Assembly (NCBI GenBank): GCA_963776275.1
Contig: CAVZMI010000023.1
Coordinates: 288,001 to 352,000 of the forward strand
From: Ignavibacteriota bacterium
GTDB lineage: Bacteria > Bacteroidota > Ignavibacteria > UBA10030 > CAVZMI01
Direction of reading: 5' to 3'
DNA: 64,000 nt
Part shown: in pieces, positions 1 to 10,003 of the stretch
Layout: every line of letters begins with the position of its first letter
How positions within the stretch are numbered: position 1 is the stretch's first letter
The notes under the pieces: generated by a model
The model's input: the letters and a program-made list of their open reading frames with translations, nothing else
Databases searched by the model: none
Told to the model about the DNA's origin: nothing
Position numbers and translations under genes: made by a program

Positions 1-79
1 CTCTTGCCGAATTTCGTTATTTTAATCAGGGTTTGTCATTTTAACGGTAAACGAAACATTGAGAAAGAAGGAGCATTTC

Positions 80-1459
80 ATGAAAAAATCAATCATACTC
101 GTTGCGGTGCTTGCACTGGTGTGCGGTCTGATGTCCGTCGGTTTTCAGTGTTCGTCCGCTGAACATACGAGTGCAAAGCTGTACATGCAACGGAATGACT
201 GGAATAACGCAGAAAAAAGTCTTTTAATTGAGTTACAGAGAAATCCCGAGAACGAGGAAGCATGGTTTTTTCTCGGCCAGGTTCGGAGTGAACTGAGAAA
301 ATACGACGGGATGAACGAAGCATTTAATAAAGCTTTATCCCTCTCGAAAGAACATGAAAAAGATATTACAACCATCCGGATGCAAAAGTGGATTGCCTCG
401 ATCAACGAGGGCGTCGAGCATTTTAATAAGGGAAAAGATGACCCTCAACAATACGTAAAGGCAGAAGAGTTATTTAAAACTGCTATCGCGGTCATCCCCG
501 ACAGCGTGCAACCATATAAAAATATTGCATACTGTTATCTGAATACGAGCGAACCGGATAGTGCAATACCTTACCTTGAAAAAGCAATCGCGATCAGCAA
601 CGATGTCCAGTGCCCGCTAATTCTCGGCAAAATCTATTTTCAAAAAGCCTTGCAGGCCTACGAGAAGTTCGAGAGTCCGGCGAATATGCGTGAAGTGAAG
701 ATCGGCATGTCGAAGGAGGAAATACGCGGTATATGGGATAATCCGGCATCGACCAATACATCAAAGCCAAAGAATAAGAAAGTCGTTGTCGACCAATATA
801 CATATACCAATCCGCCGATGACGATGACCTTCGAGAACAATCAGCTTGTGTCGTGGGAAGAAGGCGGCCTGAAGTACAGTCTTGGAAGTAAACAATACTA
901 TATCGATTCGACAGGTTTCCGTAAAGCACAACCTATTTTTGACCAAGTAATTAAAACGGTCAAAGAAGGACTGAAACGTGATCCGACCAATAACGAGCTT
1001 AGAACACTTCTCTCCGATGCTCTGGTTGGAGCAGGGAGAGACGAAGAGGCCGAAAAAACTTATAAAGATGGAATTGAGAAAGAACCGCAAAACAAATATT
1101 ACCACTACAATTACGGAGTTCTGTTACTCAAGAAAGATATGTTCCAGGAAGCAATCGACCAGTTCAAAACAGCGATCGAGATAGATCCGAAATATGAAGG
1201 CGCCCTATATAATCTTGCCACTGCACATATCAACTGGGGCGTGAAACTCCGAAAGGAAGCCGGAGATGATCAGACAAAACTTGCTCGTTCGAGAGAGCTT
1301 TTTTTAAAGGCCGTGCCGCTGATTCAGAGGGTCATCGATCTGAAACCGGATAATGCCGACATGTTCGAAGTTCTCGGCCGCCTTCAGACAAACCTTGGAA
1401 TGTCAAAAGAAGCAGAAGCATCATATATGAAGGCCGATGAGATTCGGAAAAAGAAATAA
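80..1459 (+). CDS. Tetratricopeptide-repeat protein with N-terminal signal peptide
   Basis: Multiple TPR-like repeats (AWFFLGQV, YHYNYGVLL, ALYNLATAH); ATG at 80 follows AAGGAG RBS. Confidence 0.85.
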   Translation: MKKSIILVAVLALVCGLMSVGFQCSSAEHTSAKLYMQRNDWNNAEKSLLIELQRNPENEEAWFFLGQVRSELRKYDGMNEAFNKALSLSKEHEKDITTIRMQKWIASINEGVEHFNKGKDDPQQYVKAEELFKTAIAVIPDSVQPYKNIAYCYLNTSEPDSAIPYLEKAIAISNDVQCPLILGKIYFQKALQAYEKFESPANMREVKIGMSKEEIRGIWDNPASTNTSKPKNKKVVVDQYTYTNPPMTMTFENNQLVSWEEGGLKYSLGSKQYYIDSTGFRKAQPIFDQVIKTVKEGLKRDPTNNELRTLLSDALVGAGRDEEAEKTYKDGIEKEPQNKYYHYNYGVLLLKKDMFQEAIDQFKTAIEIDPKYEGALYNLATAHINWGVKLRKEAGDDQTKLARSRELFLKAVPLIQRVIDLKPDNADMFEVLGRLQTNLGMSKEAEASYMKADEIRKKK

Positions 1460-1545
1460 TTACTAGCCGCATTACTTGAAAGCCTGCTTTCGTTTTCATG
1501 GACATGAGATGAGGCAGGCTTTCCATTTCTACGAAAGGATTCTGT

Positions 1546-1878
1546 ATGCCAGAGGAACAGCAATCTCAGCAGATCAATATTGAGCTTGGTGAAAAGGAAG
1601 CTGAAGGGATTTATTCAAATCTTGCCATCATCACGCATTCACCGGCCGAATTTGTCATCGATTTTACGCGAGTCCTTCCTGGTGTTCCGAAAGCGAAGGT
1701 ACTTGCACGTATAATTATGACACCACAACATGCAAAGCTATTTCTCGGTGCACTCAAGGAGAATATCGAGAAATATGAATTAAAATTCGGTGAGGTGAAA
1801 ATTCATGGTGAAGGTCCGGCCAGTCCCGGTGGTTTTGGTTTTCAACCCATCGTGAAAAAAGATCCAAGCATCCACTGA
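1546..1878 (+). CDS. DUF3467 family protein
   Basis: Signature GIYSNLAIITHSPAEFVIDF...RIIMTPQHAK. Confidence 0.85.
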   Translation: MPEEQQSQQINIELGEKEAEGIYSNLAIITHSPAEFVIDFTRVLPGVPKAKVLARIIMTPQHAKLFLGALKENIEKYELKFGEVKIHGEGPASPGGFGFQPIVKKDPSIH

Positions 1879-1931
1879 AGAAGAGTAGGTAAAGGTTGAG
1901 TCTAAGGTAAAGAAAAAAGGGAATTGACATA

Positions 1932-3679
1932 ATGGGACAAAAACCGTCACCTCAGTACGGCAGCTTTGTGCTTGTACTGCATTCTCATCTCCCCTATGTT
2001 GTCACACACGGGCGATGGCCGCATGGAGCAGACTGGTTGAATGAAGCCGCAGCTGAGACGTACGTTCCGCTCCTCAACGTCCTTCACGAACTTCAAAATG
2101 AGAATGCCCATCCACGTCTGACAATCGGTATTACACCTGTTCTTTCAGAACAGCTTGCCGACGAAACGTTCGTCGAGGAATTTGATCATTATCTAAAATC
2201 AAAGATCAAAGCTGCAAAACAGGATAAGGACGAATTCATACGCACCGGTCAGTCTCATCTCGCCTCTCTTGCCGTCTACTGGGAAGAGTGGTTCAAAGGT
2301 ATTCATGCCGCATTTCTCGATCGCTATCACGCGAACATCCCGGCAGCATTTCGAAAACTTCAGGATAAGGGTGTGGTCGATATCATTACATGCGGCGCGA
2401 CACATGGATACTTTCCGCTTCTCGGACTCGATACGAGCATTCAGGCGCAGGTAAAGGTTGCAGTCGAGACACATGTACGGCACTATGGACGCCGGCCGCG
2501 CGGCATCTGGCTGCCGGAGTGTGCGTATAGGCCTTCGTACCGGTGGAAGCCGCCGGTCGATTCGGAACCGACAATTGCAGAATATGAACGCAAAGGAGTG
2601 GAAGAGTTTCTTTCTGAAAACGGCATTGAGTACTTCATGGTTGATTCGGCGCTTCTCAAAGGAGGGAAACCTATCGGCGTCTATCTCGACCGGTTCAAGG
2701 CGCTCCGGAAAGCATGGGATCAATTCGACGAACATGCGCAAAGGTTTAAAGAGGATTTCACAAAAACCCCCTATGAATTATATCTGGTGGGTTCCGGAGG
2801 CAAACCAGAGAAACAGCCTGTTGCGATTTTTACGCGCGATCCGAAAACAGCACTTCAGGTATGGAGCGGCGAGCATGGATATCCCGGCGATGGATGGTAT
2901 CTCGATTTTCATAAAAAACGTTTCCCGGGCGGCCATCGGTACTGGCGCGTAACGCAGGTAAAAGCAGATATGGCCGATAAACTTGAATATGAACCGGAGA
3001 AAGTGAACGAGCGGCTCGATGAAAATGCATCCCACTTCGTCGATCTCATCGCCGCGACATTGAAAGAACATTATCAAGAAACAGGAGAATCCGGGCTTAT
3101 CACTGCACCGTATGATGCCGAGCTTTTCGGACACTGGTGGTTCGAGGGTCCGCAGTTTATTAAAAAGTATTCCAGAAGTTGAACGAGCGCACGGATGTGA
3201 ATGCCGCTACGGCAAGCGAAAAGCTCGATGAGCTCCGGCCGGCACGTGTCGTCCATCTCCCGGAGGGTTCGTGGGGCGAGGGAGGACATCACTACATCTG
3301 GCTCAATAAAGATACAGAGTGGACATGGAAACACATTTATCCTGCAGAAATTCGAATGCAGGAGCTAGCACAAAAATATGGAAATACTTCAAATCGAAAA
3401 TTAAGGAAAATTATCGAGCAGGCTGCCCGTGAGCTGCTTCTGCTAGAGTCGTCGGATTGGCAATTCCTTATCACCACGGTGGCGGCGAAGGACTATGCCG
3501 AACTGCGGTTTGCCAACCATAACAGTGACTTTCAACGTCTTGCACAAATGGCAGAAGATTATGTGACGCACGGCAAACTTCCAGAAGAGGATTGGACATA
3601 TCTTCAGGAGAGTCAGGAACGCGATTCGCTCTTTCGATCAATCGATCTTCGATGGTGGAGTGAATTGGAATTTCCATAA
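1932..3679 (+). CDS. GH57 1,4-alpha-glucan branching enzyme (DUF1957 C-terminus), split by a frameshift near 3175
   Basis: HSHLPYV, WLPECAY, PYDAELFGHWWFEG in ORF 1932-3182; GSWGEGG and LLESSDWQF in ORF 3179-3679. Confidence 0.9.
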
Positions 3680-5732
3680 TCAAGGTCCCGGGAAATATCT
3701 TGTGAGATTAAATTTCCTTTATTTGTGCTGCATCGGAATCGTCCTTATATCGGGATGCTTCGAATCGTTCAATCCTGTCGCCCCATCGTGGGATGTCACA
3801 TTAAACCTGCCGCTTGTGAATCATACCTATACTATACAGGATATTATACAAAACAACCCGACGCTTTTTAAAACCGATCAAAATGGGATACTCCTCTATA
3901 CGACATCTGCCGTTATCAAGCCGACAACGGTCGGAGATTCTCTTACAATCTCCGATGATAGTATTGCCTTCCAATCGGTAATCGGAAAGTTTTCGTTAAA
4001 AGATGCCTCCACAACGTCGGATACTATTACGCTTGGCCAGATAGCTACTGAGCTTGCGTCGGCCAACGGAAGTTCCGCTTTAATCCCGCAGACTCCATTT
4101 GATAAATCATCGATACCGATGGATACAATTCGCCAATTCCGGGAAATAACGATTGACCGTGGGACGTTGATCGTAAAAGTCAAAAATAATCTACCGACGG
4201 CGATTGATCATCTTACACTCACTTTTTTCGATCAATTCGAGAAAGAATCCGGGGAGATTTTGACGGCTTCGTTTCCGAATCCAATTCCGTCGAAAGGTTC
4301 AGATAGCCTGTCGTGTCCTTTGCCGGCAAGAAGGATAGGCAATCTCATTTCATTCAATGTGAGCGGAATATTACTATCGAGCGACAGTGCCGTTCAGATC
4401 GACACAAGCTCGGGTTTCCTGGTCGGTCTTCATTTCAAGGATTTGAAAGTAACGCAAGCCGAGGCACGTATTCCTGAAGTTACATTCATCACGCAGAATA
4501 CATTCCCGCTTACTGATTCATCATCGATCAGCTCGGCCGAGATTAAATCGGGACATATGTCACTCAAAGCGGCCATGCCCTATCATGCATCGGGCAACAT
4601 AAACATAAAGATTCCAAATCTTACATTACCGGATGGCAGTCCTTTTCATCCTACAATTCCTGTGACGAAGAAGCAATCGAAAATTGATACGACGTTTCTT
4701 CTGAATGGATATTTTTTCTCGGCGCCGCAGCGACAAATAAATTACACTATTGATACCCGCATCGACGATTCGGGAGCTGATTATGTAATCCTCAATGCGA
4801 CGGATTCTGTCAGCGGTACAGTTACCTTCTCGAAAATTATCCTGAAATCGCTTACAGGTATTGTCAAACCAATTACGATTACGGTAAAGCATACGGTTTC
4901 ACTTGACACTAAATCGATTAATAAGCTCATATCCGGTACAGTGCGATTTAACGACGCATCTCTTATCGCGCGATTGGGGACTCCGCCGCAGGGATTTGAC
5001 TATGATGTCGATGGTTTCATCATCGGCTGGAATCGTAAAACAGGCCGAAAAGATTCATTGCCCATCCCTCCGGACCAACGATACATCCATGCCGGTACCG
5101 ATTCCATAGTTTTTAGAAAAACTGATGTAACGAATTTCTTGAATAGTTTCACTCCGAATCTTCCGGACAGTATCGCGCTGAATGCAGTCGCGCTGGTTAA
5201 TCCGACAGGAACACAGGAGAAAACTATCTACGATACAGACAGTATTTCCGGTACCGTAAGTTTTGAGCTGCCCTTTAATCTCAGTATTGCCGGTGGAGTG
5301 TATCAGGATACGGTTTCGTCCAACGATACAAACGACTACCGGAAATCGGATATCTCGGATGGCAATGGTCGAAATATTAACAGTGCCAGGGTGGATATTG
5401 AACTCGAGAACTCGCTGCCGGTTGCCCTCGGAATCGATACACTAAAATTTCTCGATAAGGCACACAGGAGGCTGTTTGTTATTCCAAAACAGGGACAACC
5501 GCAAATTCTTGTTCAGAGTGGTGTGGTGATCGGAGGTGTCGTGACGCAGACGACTAAAAGTATATCATACATCGAATTGACGCACTCCGATGCCACCCAG
5601 CTCGATTCGGCCGACTACGTCGTGATGTCCCTCCATCTTGAAACGCCGACAACAGAGGCGGTACGCTTTCGATCGACCGACTGGGTAAAAGTGAAAATAA
5701 CATCAGCGATGAGTTATCGTGCGAACCAGTAA
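3660..5732 (+). CDS. Large beta-rich hypothetical lipoprotein (true start possibly GTG near 3702)
   Basis: Lipobox-like LISGC followed by PSWDVTLNLPL; S/T-rich beta-strand composition. Confidence 0.65.
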   Translation: MNWNFHNQGPGKYLVRLNFLYLCCIGIVLISGCFESFNPVAPSWDVTLNLPLVNHTYTIQDIIQNNPTLFKTDQNGILLYTTSAVIKPTTVGDSLTISDDSIAFQSVIGKFSLKDASTTSDTITLGQIATELASANGSSALIPQTPFDKSSIPMDTIRQFREITIDRGTLIVKVKNNLPTAIDHLTLTFFDQFEKESGEILTASFPNPIPSKGSDSLSCPLPARRIGNLISFNVSGILLSSDSAVQIDTSSGFLVGLHFKDLKVTQAEARIPEVTFITQNTFPLTDSSSISSAEIKSGHMSLKAAMPYHASGNINIKIPNLTLPDGSPFHPTIPVTKKQSKIDTTFLLNGYFFSAPQRQINYTIDTRIDDSGADYVILNATDSVSGTVTFSKIILKSLTGIVKPITITVKHTVSLDTKSINKLISGTVRFNDASLIARLGTPPQGFDYDVDGFIIGWNRKTGRKDSLPIPPDQRYIHAGTDSIVFRKTDVTNFLNSFTPNLPDSIALNAVALVNPTGTQEKTIYDTDSISGTVSFELPFNLSIAGGVYQDTVSSNDTNDYRKSDISDGNGRNINSARVDIELENSLPVALGIDTLKFLDKAHRRLFVIPKQGQPQILVQSGVVIGGVVTQTTKSISYIELTHSDATQLDSADYVVMSLHLETPTTEAVRFRSTDWVKVKITSAMSYRANQ

Positions 5733-7122
5733 TTTCATAAAAATCACACTCGTAAGCGCGGGTATGATTGCGGTGATTACGCAGTCTCCCGCACAGTCGG
5801 TTGAATTTGCAAACGCGCGCTCGATGGGAATGGCGCGCGCTTCGATGGTTTCGGCCCGTGGAATTGATGCGATCGGATTAAATCCGGCAAATCTTGGGTT
5901 GGCCGATCGATCGCCCTTCAGTGTGAGCATTTTTCCGCTTGGAGTTCATATCGGAACGAACTTCATCACGTATGAGAGGTACAAAGCATATTTTACCGGC
6001 ACGCAAACCGACAGCGGAAAAGTTGGGAGGTATTTATCCGAGTCCGACAAGGAAGACATCTTGAATTATTTCCCGGAAGGAATGGGAAAAATGGCGTCCG
6101 GGGGTGCAATCACGCTATTTGCAATGACTTATATCGATGAAAATTTGGGAGGATTTGCATTTACGGTGAACGAGCGCTTCGGCGCGTCGGCGTCGATTCC
6201 CCGCGATTATCTCAGATTATTATTGTATGGAAATCCGCTCGGATCGACATATGATTTTTCTGGGACGGAAGCAAATGGAGAGTGGTTGAGGGAATATGCG
6301 ATCTGTTATGGTCGGCAGCTACCGTCGTTCTGGCAGCACACATCGGTCTCGGTCGGTGTTTCACTGAAACTCCTCCATGGTTTTGCTTTCGGCAGCGTCG
6401 ATGAATTCTCGGCTACGGTGACGACGGATCCCAGCAGTGCTCTGACGGGTACGGCCAGGTATCGCGGCCGCCGCGCGACAATCGATGCAATCAACGATAC
6501 AACGCATTCAGGTTTTGTCCTTTTCCCTGCACCGGCAGGTACCGGCTTCGGTTTCGACCTGGGTGCAACGGCACATATTGGCCAGGCATTCTGGTTTAGC
6601 GTGAGTGTGACCGATGTCGGCAGTATGACATGGACACGAAACACCAGGGAATATCGGGGCGATACAAGTGTGACGATTACCGATCTGACGACACAGGCGA
6701 AGCGCGACAGTATTACAGACACGTTCAAATCAAAAGAATATCCAGTCACATCATTTAATACATCGCTTCCGAGCGTTCTCAGGTGCGGCGTCGCGGTCGA
6801 TGTTCAGCAGCTTCCGTTTATGAAGGCGATGCCGGGTCAGATGGTTGTGGAGCTCGATTATATTCAGGGTTTGAATTCATTGGTTGGAAATACAACTTCT
6901 CCACGTTTCGCGCTCGGCGTCGATTATCATCTGCTCCGCTGGCTGCCGGTACGAACCGGACTCGCCTTCGGCGGCAGCGAGCGCGTCCACTGGGGACTGG
7001 GCAGCGGAGTGAATCTCGATAGTTTCGATTTTGAGATAGGAACAGAGGATATCATTGCAATTCTTGCTCCGTCTGTGATGTCGACGGCTTCGCTTGCCAT
7101 AGGGATGCGTCTGCGATTCTAA
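5719..7122 (+). CDS. Outer-membrane beta-barrel protein (DUF5723-like)
   Basis: Signal peptide, ARSMGMA...NPANLG N-terminal motif of FadL/PorV-like barrels, GFGFDLG, C-terminal Phe. Confidence 0.7.
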   Translation: MRTSNFIKITLVSAGMIAVITQSPAQSVEFANARSMGMARASMVSARGIDAIGLNPANLGLADRSPFSVSIFPLGVHIGTNFITYERYKAYFTGTQTDSGKVGRYLSESDKEDILNYFPEGMGKMASGGAITLFAMTYIDENLGGFAFTVNERFGASASIPRDYLRLLLYGNPLGSTYDFSGTEANGEWLREYAICYGRQLPSFWQHTSVSVGVSLKLLHGFAFGSVDEFSATVTTDPSSALTGTARYRGRRATIDAINDTTHSGFVLFPAPAGTGFGFDLGATAHIGQAFWFSVSVTDVGSMTWTRNTREYRGDTSVTITDLTTQAKRDSITDTFKSKEYPVTSFNTSLPSVLRCGVAVDVQQLPFMKAMPGQMVVELDYIQGLNSLVGNTTSPRFALGVDYHLLRWLPVRTGLAFGGSERVHWGLGSGVNLDSFDFEIGTEDIIAILAPSVMSTASLAIGMRLRF

Positions 7123-7206
7123 GGCGTTCATGTAAAAACATTCAATATCACCACAAACTTGCTTCTCTTTCATTTGAGCCTGTGGTCTAAAACAATCTGT
7201 ATTTTC

Positions 7207-7347
7207 TGAATTGCCACGAGCTTTAGCTCGTGGGAAATAAGAGGAGAAAAATGAGGGGTTTTAACCCCACATTAATTGATGTAGGGCTAAAGCCCGTAAA
7301 GATTTTTTGGATTTAAAAATCCACGCACTAAAGTACTTGGCCATTCA
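7207..7347. repeat. REP/REPIN-like inverted palindrome cluster
   Basis: CCACGAGC-TTTA-GCTCGTGG (7214-7233), GGGGTTTTAACCCC, GGGC-TAAA-GCCC, and an inverted degenerate copy at 7321-7347. Confidence 0.75.
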
Positions 7348-7429
7348 TTCGGCATTCATTTTTCTCCAACCGGATATGTTATTCAGAGGTCTCTAATTAT
7401 TTGATAATTTAAGAAAAGCATTAAAACCC

Positions 7430-7458
7430 TTGACAAAACCGTAGGAATTTTCTATGTT
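7430..7458 (+). promoter_or_regulatory. Sigma70 promoter (Pc-like) upstream of cassette array 1
   Basis: TTGACA-N17-TATGTT. Confidence 0.6.
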
Positions 7459-7631
7459 GAATGAAAAATAGCGTCTCTTATCAACTTATAATGAATAATA
7501 TCAGGAAACCGTATAAGACGCAGAAAGATGACCTCGAAGGATGCAACACCTTAAAATTTCGAGTTTTATAAAATATTGCAGAATCGGTATTATGAGGAAG
7601 CAGGGAGAAATACTGGTTATATATGGAAACA

Positions 7632-7651
7632 GTATAAATAATAGTTAGAAC
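7632..7651 (+). other. attI-like site of cassette array 1
   Basis: GTATAAA-TAATA-GTTAGAAC has the same L/5-bp spacer/R geometry as attI1 (CCCTAAA-ACAAA-GTTRRRY); 11 bp before the first cassette ATG. Confidence 0.5.
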
Positions 7652-7661
7652 ACAAACTTTT

Positions 7662-7931
7662 ATGAAAACACTAGACAAAAAAACACTGACATTAAAAGAA
7701 AAAGTGGAGAATTGGATAGCCCAAGAAGGTTATCCTCTTGAATTTCAAACTGCCCACGTTTTTCGTAATTCTGGCTTTTGGGTTCTCCAGGGTCATTACG
7801 TTAAAGACGAGAAAAATAATCAAGTGCGTGAAATTGATGTTTTGGCAATCTCTGACAAGGATTTAAATGGAATTTTGCTTAGGATTGAACATATTATAGA
7901 ATGCAAATGGATATTAAAGAAAGAAAATTAG
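7662..7931 (+). pseudogene. Truncated PD-(D/E)xK restriction-endonuclease-like cassette gene
   Basis: GYPLE...REIDVLA...IIECK motif; ends right after ECKW. Confidence 0.6.
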
Positions 7932-7934
7932 AAT

Positions 7935-8756
7935 TTGTTGATCATTACAGGCGTGCTGCCAATGGACCTTAGGTCTTCAAAATTACATTCGGTAGGCTGG
8001 CAACCTGTTTACATGGAGCTCATATGGTCATTGGAACATTTGCTTCGCCAGATAGCCAGTGATGTAAAGATGGAAGTTGGTGAACGATGGACATTGGGAC
8101 ATTTCAGACATCAAATTGGCGAACAGAAGCTTATGCCGCCAGTTCTTTTCAAGTCCTTAGATGTCCTCATTTCACATCGTAACATGCTGGCTCACGCACG
8201 CATATCTTACGAATCTGATGCAAGCGACTATCTACCAGATTTGGATGCAATCAGAAATCTAATTCTTTGGTATCTCTCGGACTTCGTGTCTGGTCCTCGA
8301 ATTCCAAGAAGTGAGGCCGTAAATCTGCTAGATGATGGCTTAACGGTTATTGGAAAAAGAGGAAGAACTATTTTCATCTCATATGCGAGAGAGGATGAGA
8401 AAAAGGCAGCGGAGGTATATGATGCACTCATTGGCAGAGGGCACATGCCATGGATGGATAAGAAAGAGCTAGTTGCAGGACAGGATTGGAAACTTAAAAT
8501 ACGCAAAGCTATTGAGAAGTCACAGTATTTTGTTGCATTGATGTCCGAACAGTCGGTAACCAAGAAAGGATTTGTCCAAAAAGAACTACGCTTTGCTTTG
8601 GATGTTCTCGGTGAGATTCCTCCTGGCCAAATATACTTTATACCTGTGCGCCTTGAAGAGTGTGAGGTACCAGATGCCATAAGAAGTTTGCACTGGATCG
8701 ACCTTCGGAGAAAAGAAGACTTAGAGCATCTATTTCGAGCAGTCGAGTATGAATAG
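7935..8756 (+). CDS. HEPN-like domain fused to a TIR domain (candidate defence protein); start uncertain
   Basis: RNMLAH (RxxxxH) followed by TIR: IFISYARED, WMDK..L..GQDW, GFVQKEL, IPVRLE. Confidence 0.75.
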   Translation: MLIITGVLPMDLRSSKLHSVGWQPVYMELIWSLEHLLRQIASDVKMEVGERWTLGHFRHQIGEQKLMPPVLFKSLDVLISHRNMLAHARISYESDASDYLPDLDAIRNLILWYLSDFVSGPRIPRSEAVNLLDDGLTVIGKRGRTIFISYAREDEKKAAEVYDALIGRGHMPWMDKKELVAGQDWKLKIRKAIEKSQYFVALMSEQSVTKKGFVQKELRFALDVLGEIPPGQIYFIPVRLEECEVPDAIRSLHWIDLRRKEDLEHLFRAVEYE

Positions 8757-8767
8757 ATAAAACAACG

Positions 8768-8842
8768 CCATAACAAGCGGTTGAAGAAGGATTGGTAAAT
8801 CCGCTTCGCTCCTTTACCAACCTCTTAACCGCAGCGTTAGGC
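8768..8842 (+). repeat. attC site (75 bp, canonical size)
   Basis: CCATAAC...GTTAGGC with internal palindrome GCGGTTGAAGAAGGATTGGTAAA / TTTACCAACCTCTTAACCGC. Confidence 0.9.
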
Positions 8843-8856
8843 CGCTTAACAAAAAT

Positions 8857-9693
8857 ATGCTTCCAAAAATATCATTACATCAATATTTAGATTCTGTTGT
8901 ACAGAATTATAATAAGTTCAAGGAATCATTCCCAAAGGCATTTCATACTGCAGAGGAGCTTAATGATTTGTTTTGGCAATTATATGAAACAGATATTGCA
9001 TCACAACCCGAAATATTATGGCAACAAATGTCGCACGAAATGATGTTCGGCTGTCTTATAAGTTGGTTAAATTCATTTGTGAATGCTGTGTCAGGTCTTG
9101 ATGAACTCGCTCAAACATCTGCTAGACGTGCAATCGAATTTGTTTGTTATATTAATAAAATTCGTAATTCTGACGAGAGGGCAGATTTATGGATGAGACA
9201 ACGCAAAAGTGATGATTCTCGGAAACAATTTATACGCGAATTTAGCGTACCTAGATGTTATTTTTCTAAAGAATATTCACATTTAGAAAAACTTTTACTT
9301 ATGTATGACCATTATTCAGACTTTGGAACTCATGCAAACTTATCTATGCTTGCAATGAAAAAAAAGGAAGAAGGGCCAGCATTTACTGATATAGTATTTG
9401 ACGAGTTTAGATATATTCCAATGAATGTAAATACAAAAATCTATTTGGGGTATTTGCTTGTAGAATCAATACTGCATAGTACAAAAGAATTTACAAGAGA
9501 TAATGAAACTCTCTCTAGAAAACTCGAAGCAATTAATTCATTAGTTAGACTTGCTGATGCAGAAATAATATCATTTGAAGTGAAGTCTGGAATTGAACCA
9601 GAAATTATTAATACCTTATTAACTAACCCAACATTGCTAAAATCAAAATTTGAAAAGCTAAAACAGTCATATTCATCTCGCGATAAAAAATAA
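8857..9693 (+). CDS. Hypothetical cassette protein (helical, DUF5677/HEPN-like)
   Basis: Low GC; ARRAIEF and YDHYSDFGTH motifs; bracketed by complementary cassette ends. Confidence 0.6.
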   Translation: MLPKISLHQYLDSVVQNYNKFKESFPKAFHTAEELNDLFWQLYETDIASQPEILWQQMSHEMMFGCLISWLNSFVNAVSGLDELAQTSARRAIEFVCYINKIRNSDERADLWMRQRKSDDSRKQFIREFSVPRCYFSKEYSHLEKLLLMYDHYSDFGTHANLSMLAMKKKEEGPAFTDIVFDEFRYIPMNVNTKIYLGYLLVESILHSTKEFTRDNETLSRKLEAINSLVRLADAEIISFEVKSGIEPEIINTLLTNPTLLKSKFEKLKQSYSSRDKK

Positions 9694-9710
9694 TAGTATT
9701 CATTTAAGCG

Positions 9711-9964
9711 GCCTAACCAGCGGCTCAAGCTGACCGGATGAGCGTACTACTTTACGCATGGCTGATGGTGGGTTATTGTTTTTATTAGTATGTTCTTTGT
9801 ATCTCATGACTTTAGTATTTATTAATATTGTTTTCGGCATGAACTTGTTTCGGATAGTACATGTTGCGGGTTTGCAGTGCCGCAGCTTACTTGTCCGCCG
9901 GTTGTCGTGTTTTTCACAGTCCCACGATTTTAAGTGGGATTGGCGGAGCGCCCGTCTGTTAGGT
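9711..9964 (+). repeat. Long attC-like site (254 bp)
   Basis: GCCTAAC-CAGCGGCTCAAGCTGAC ... GCAGCTTA ... CTGTTAGGT; TTAAGCGGCCTAAC (9704-9717) is the exact reverse complement of the cassette start GTTAGGCCGCTTAA (8836-8849). Confidence 0.8.
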
Positions 9965-10003
9965 GCAATTGCTCTTAAAGACTGTGAATAAGGAGAAACA
10001 CTA

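Noticed and set aside
7122-7660. Integron integrase upstream of either array
   Set aside because: No tyrosine-recombinase ORF or recognisable remnant here or at 43.7-45.0 kb
9758-9991. Short ORFs inside or overlapping long attC sites, and N-terminal extensions from 46359, 48182 and 48870
   Set aside because: They run through attC/REP sequence; downstream ATGs with RBS or signal peptides are better starts
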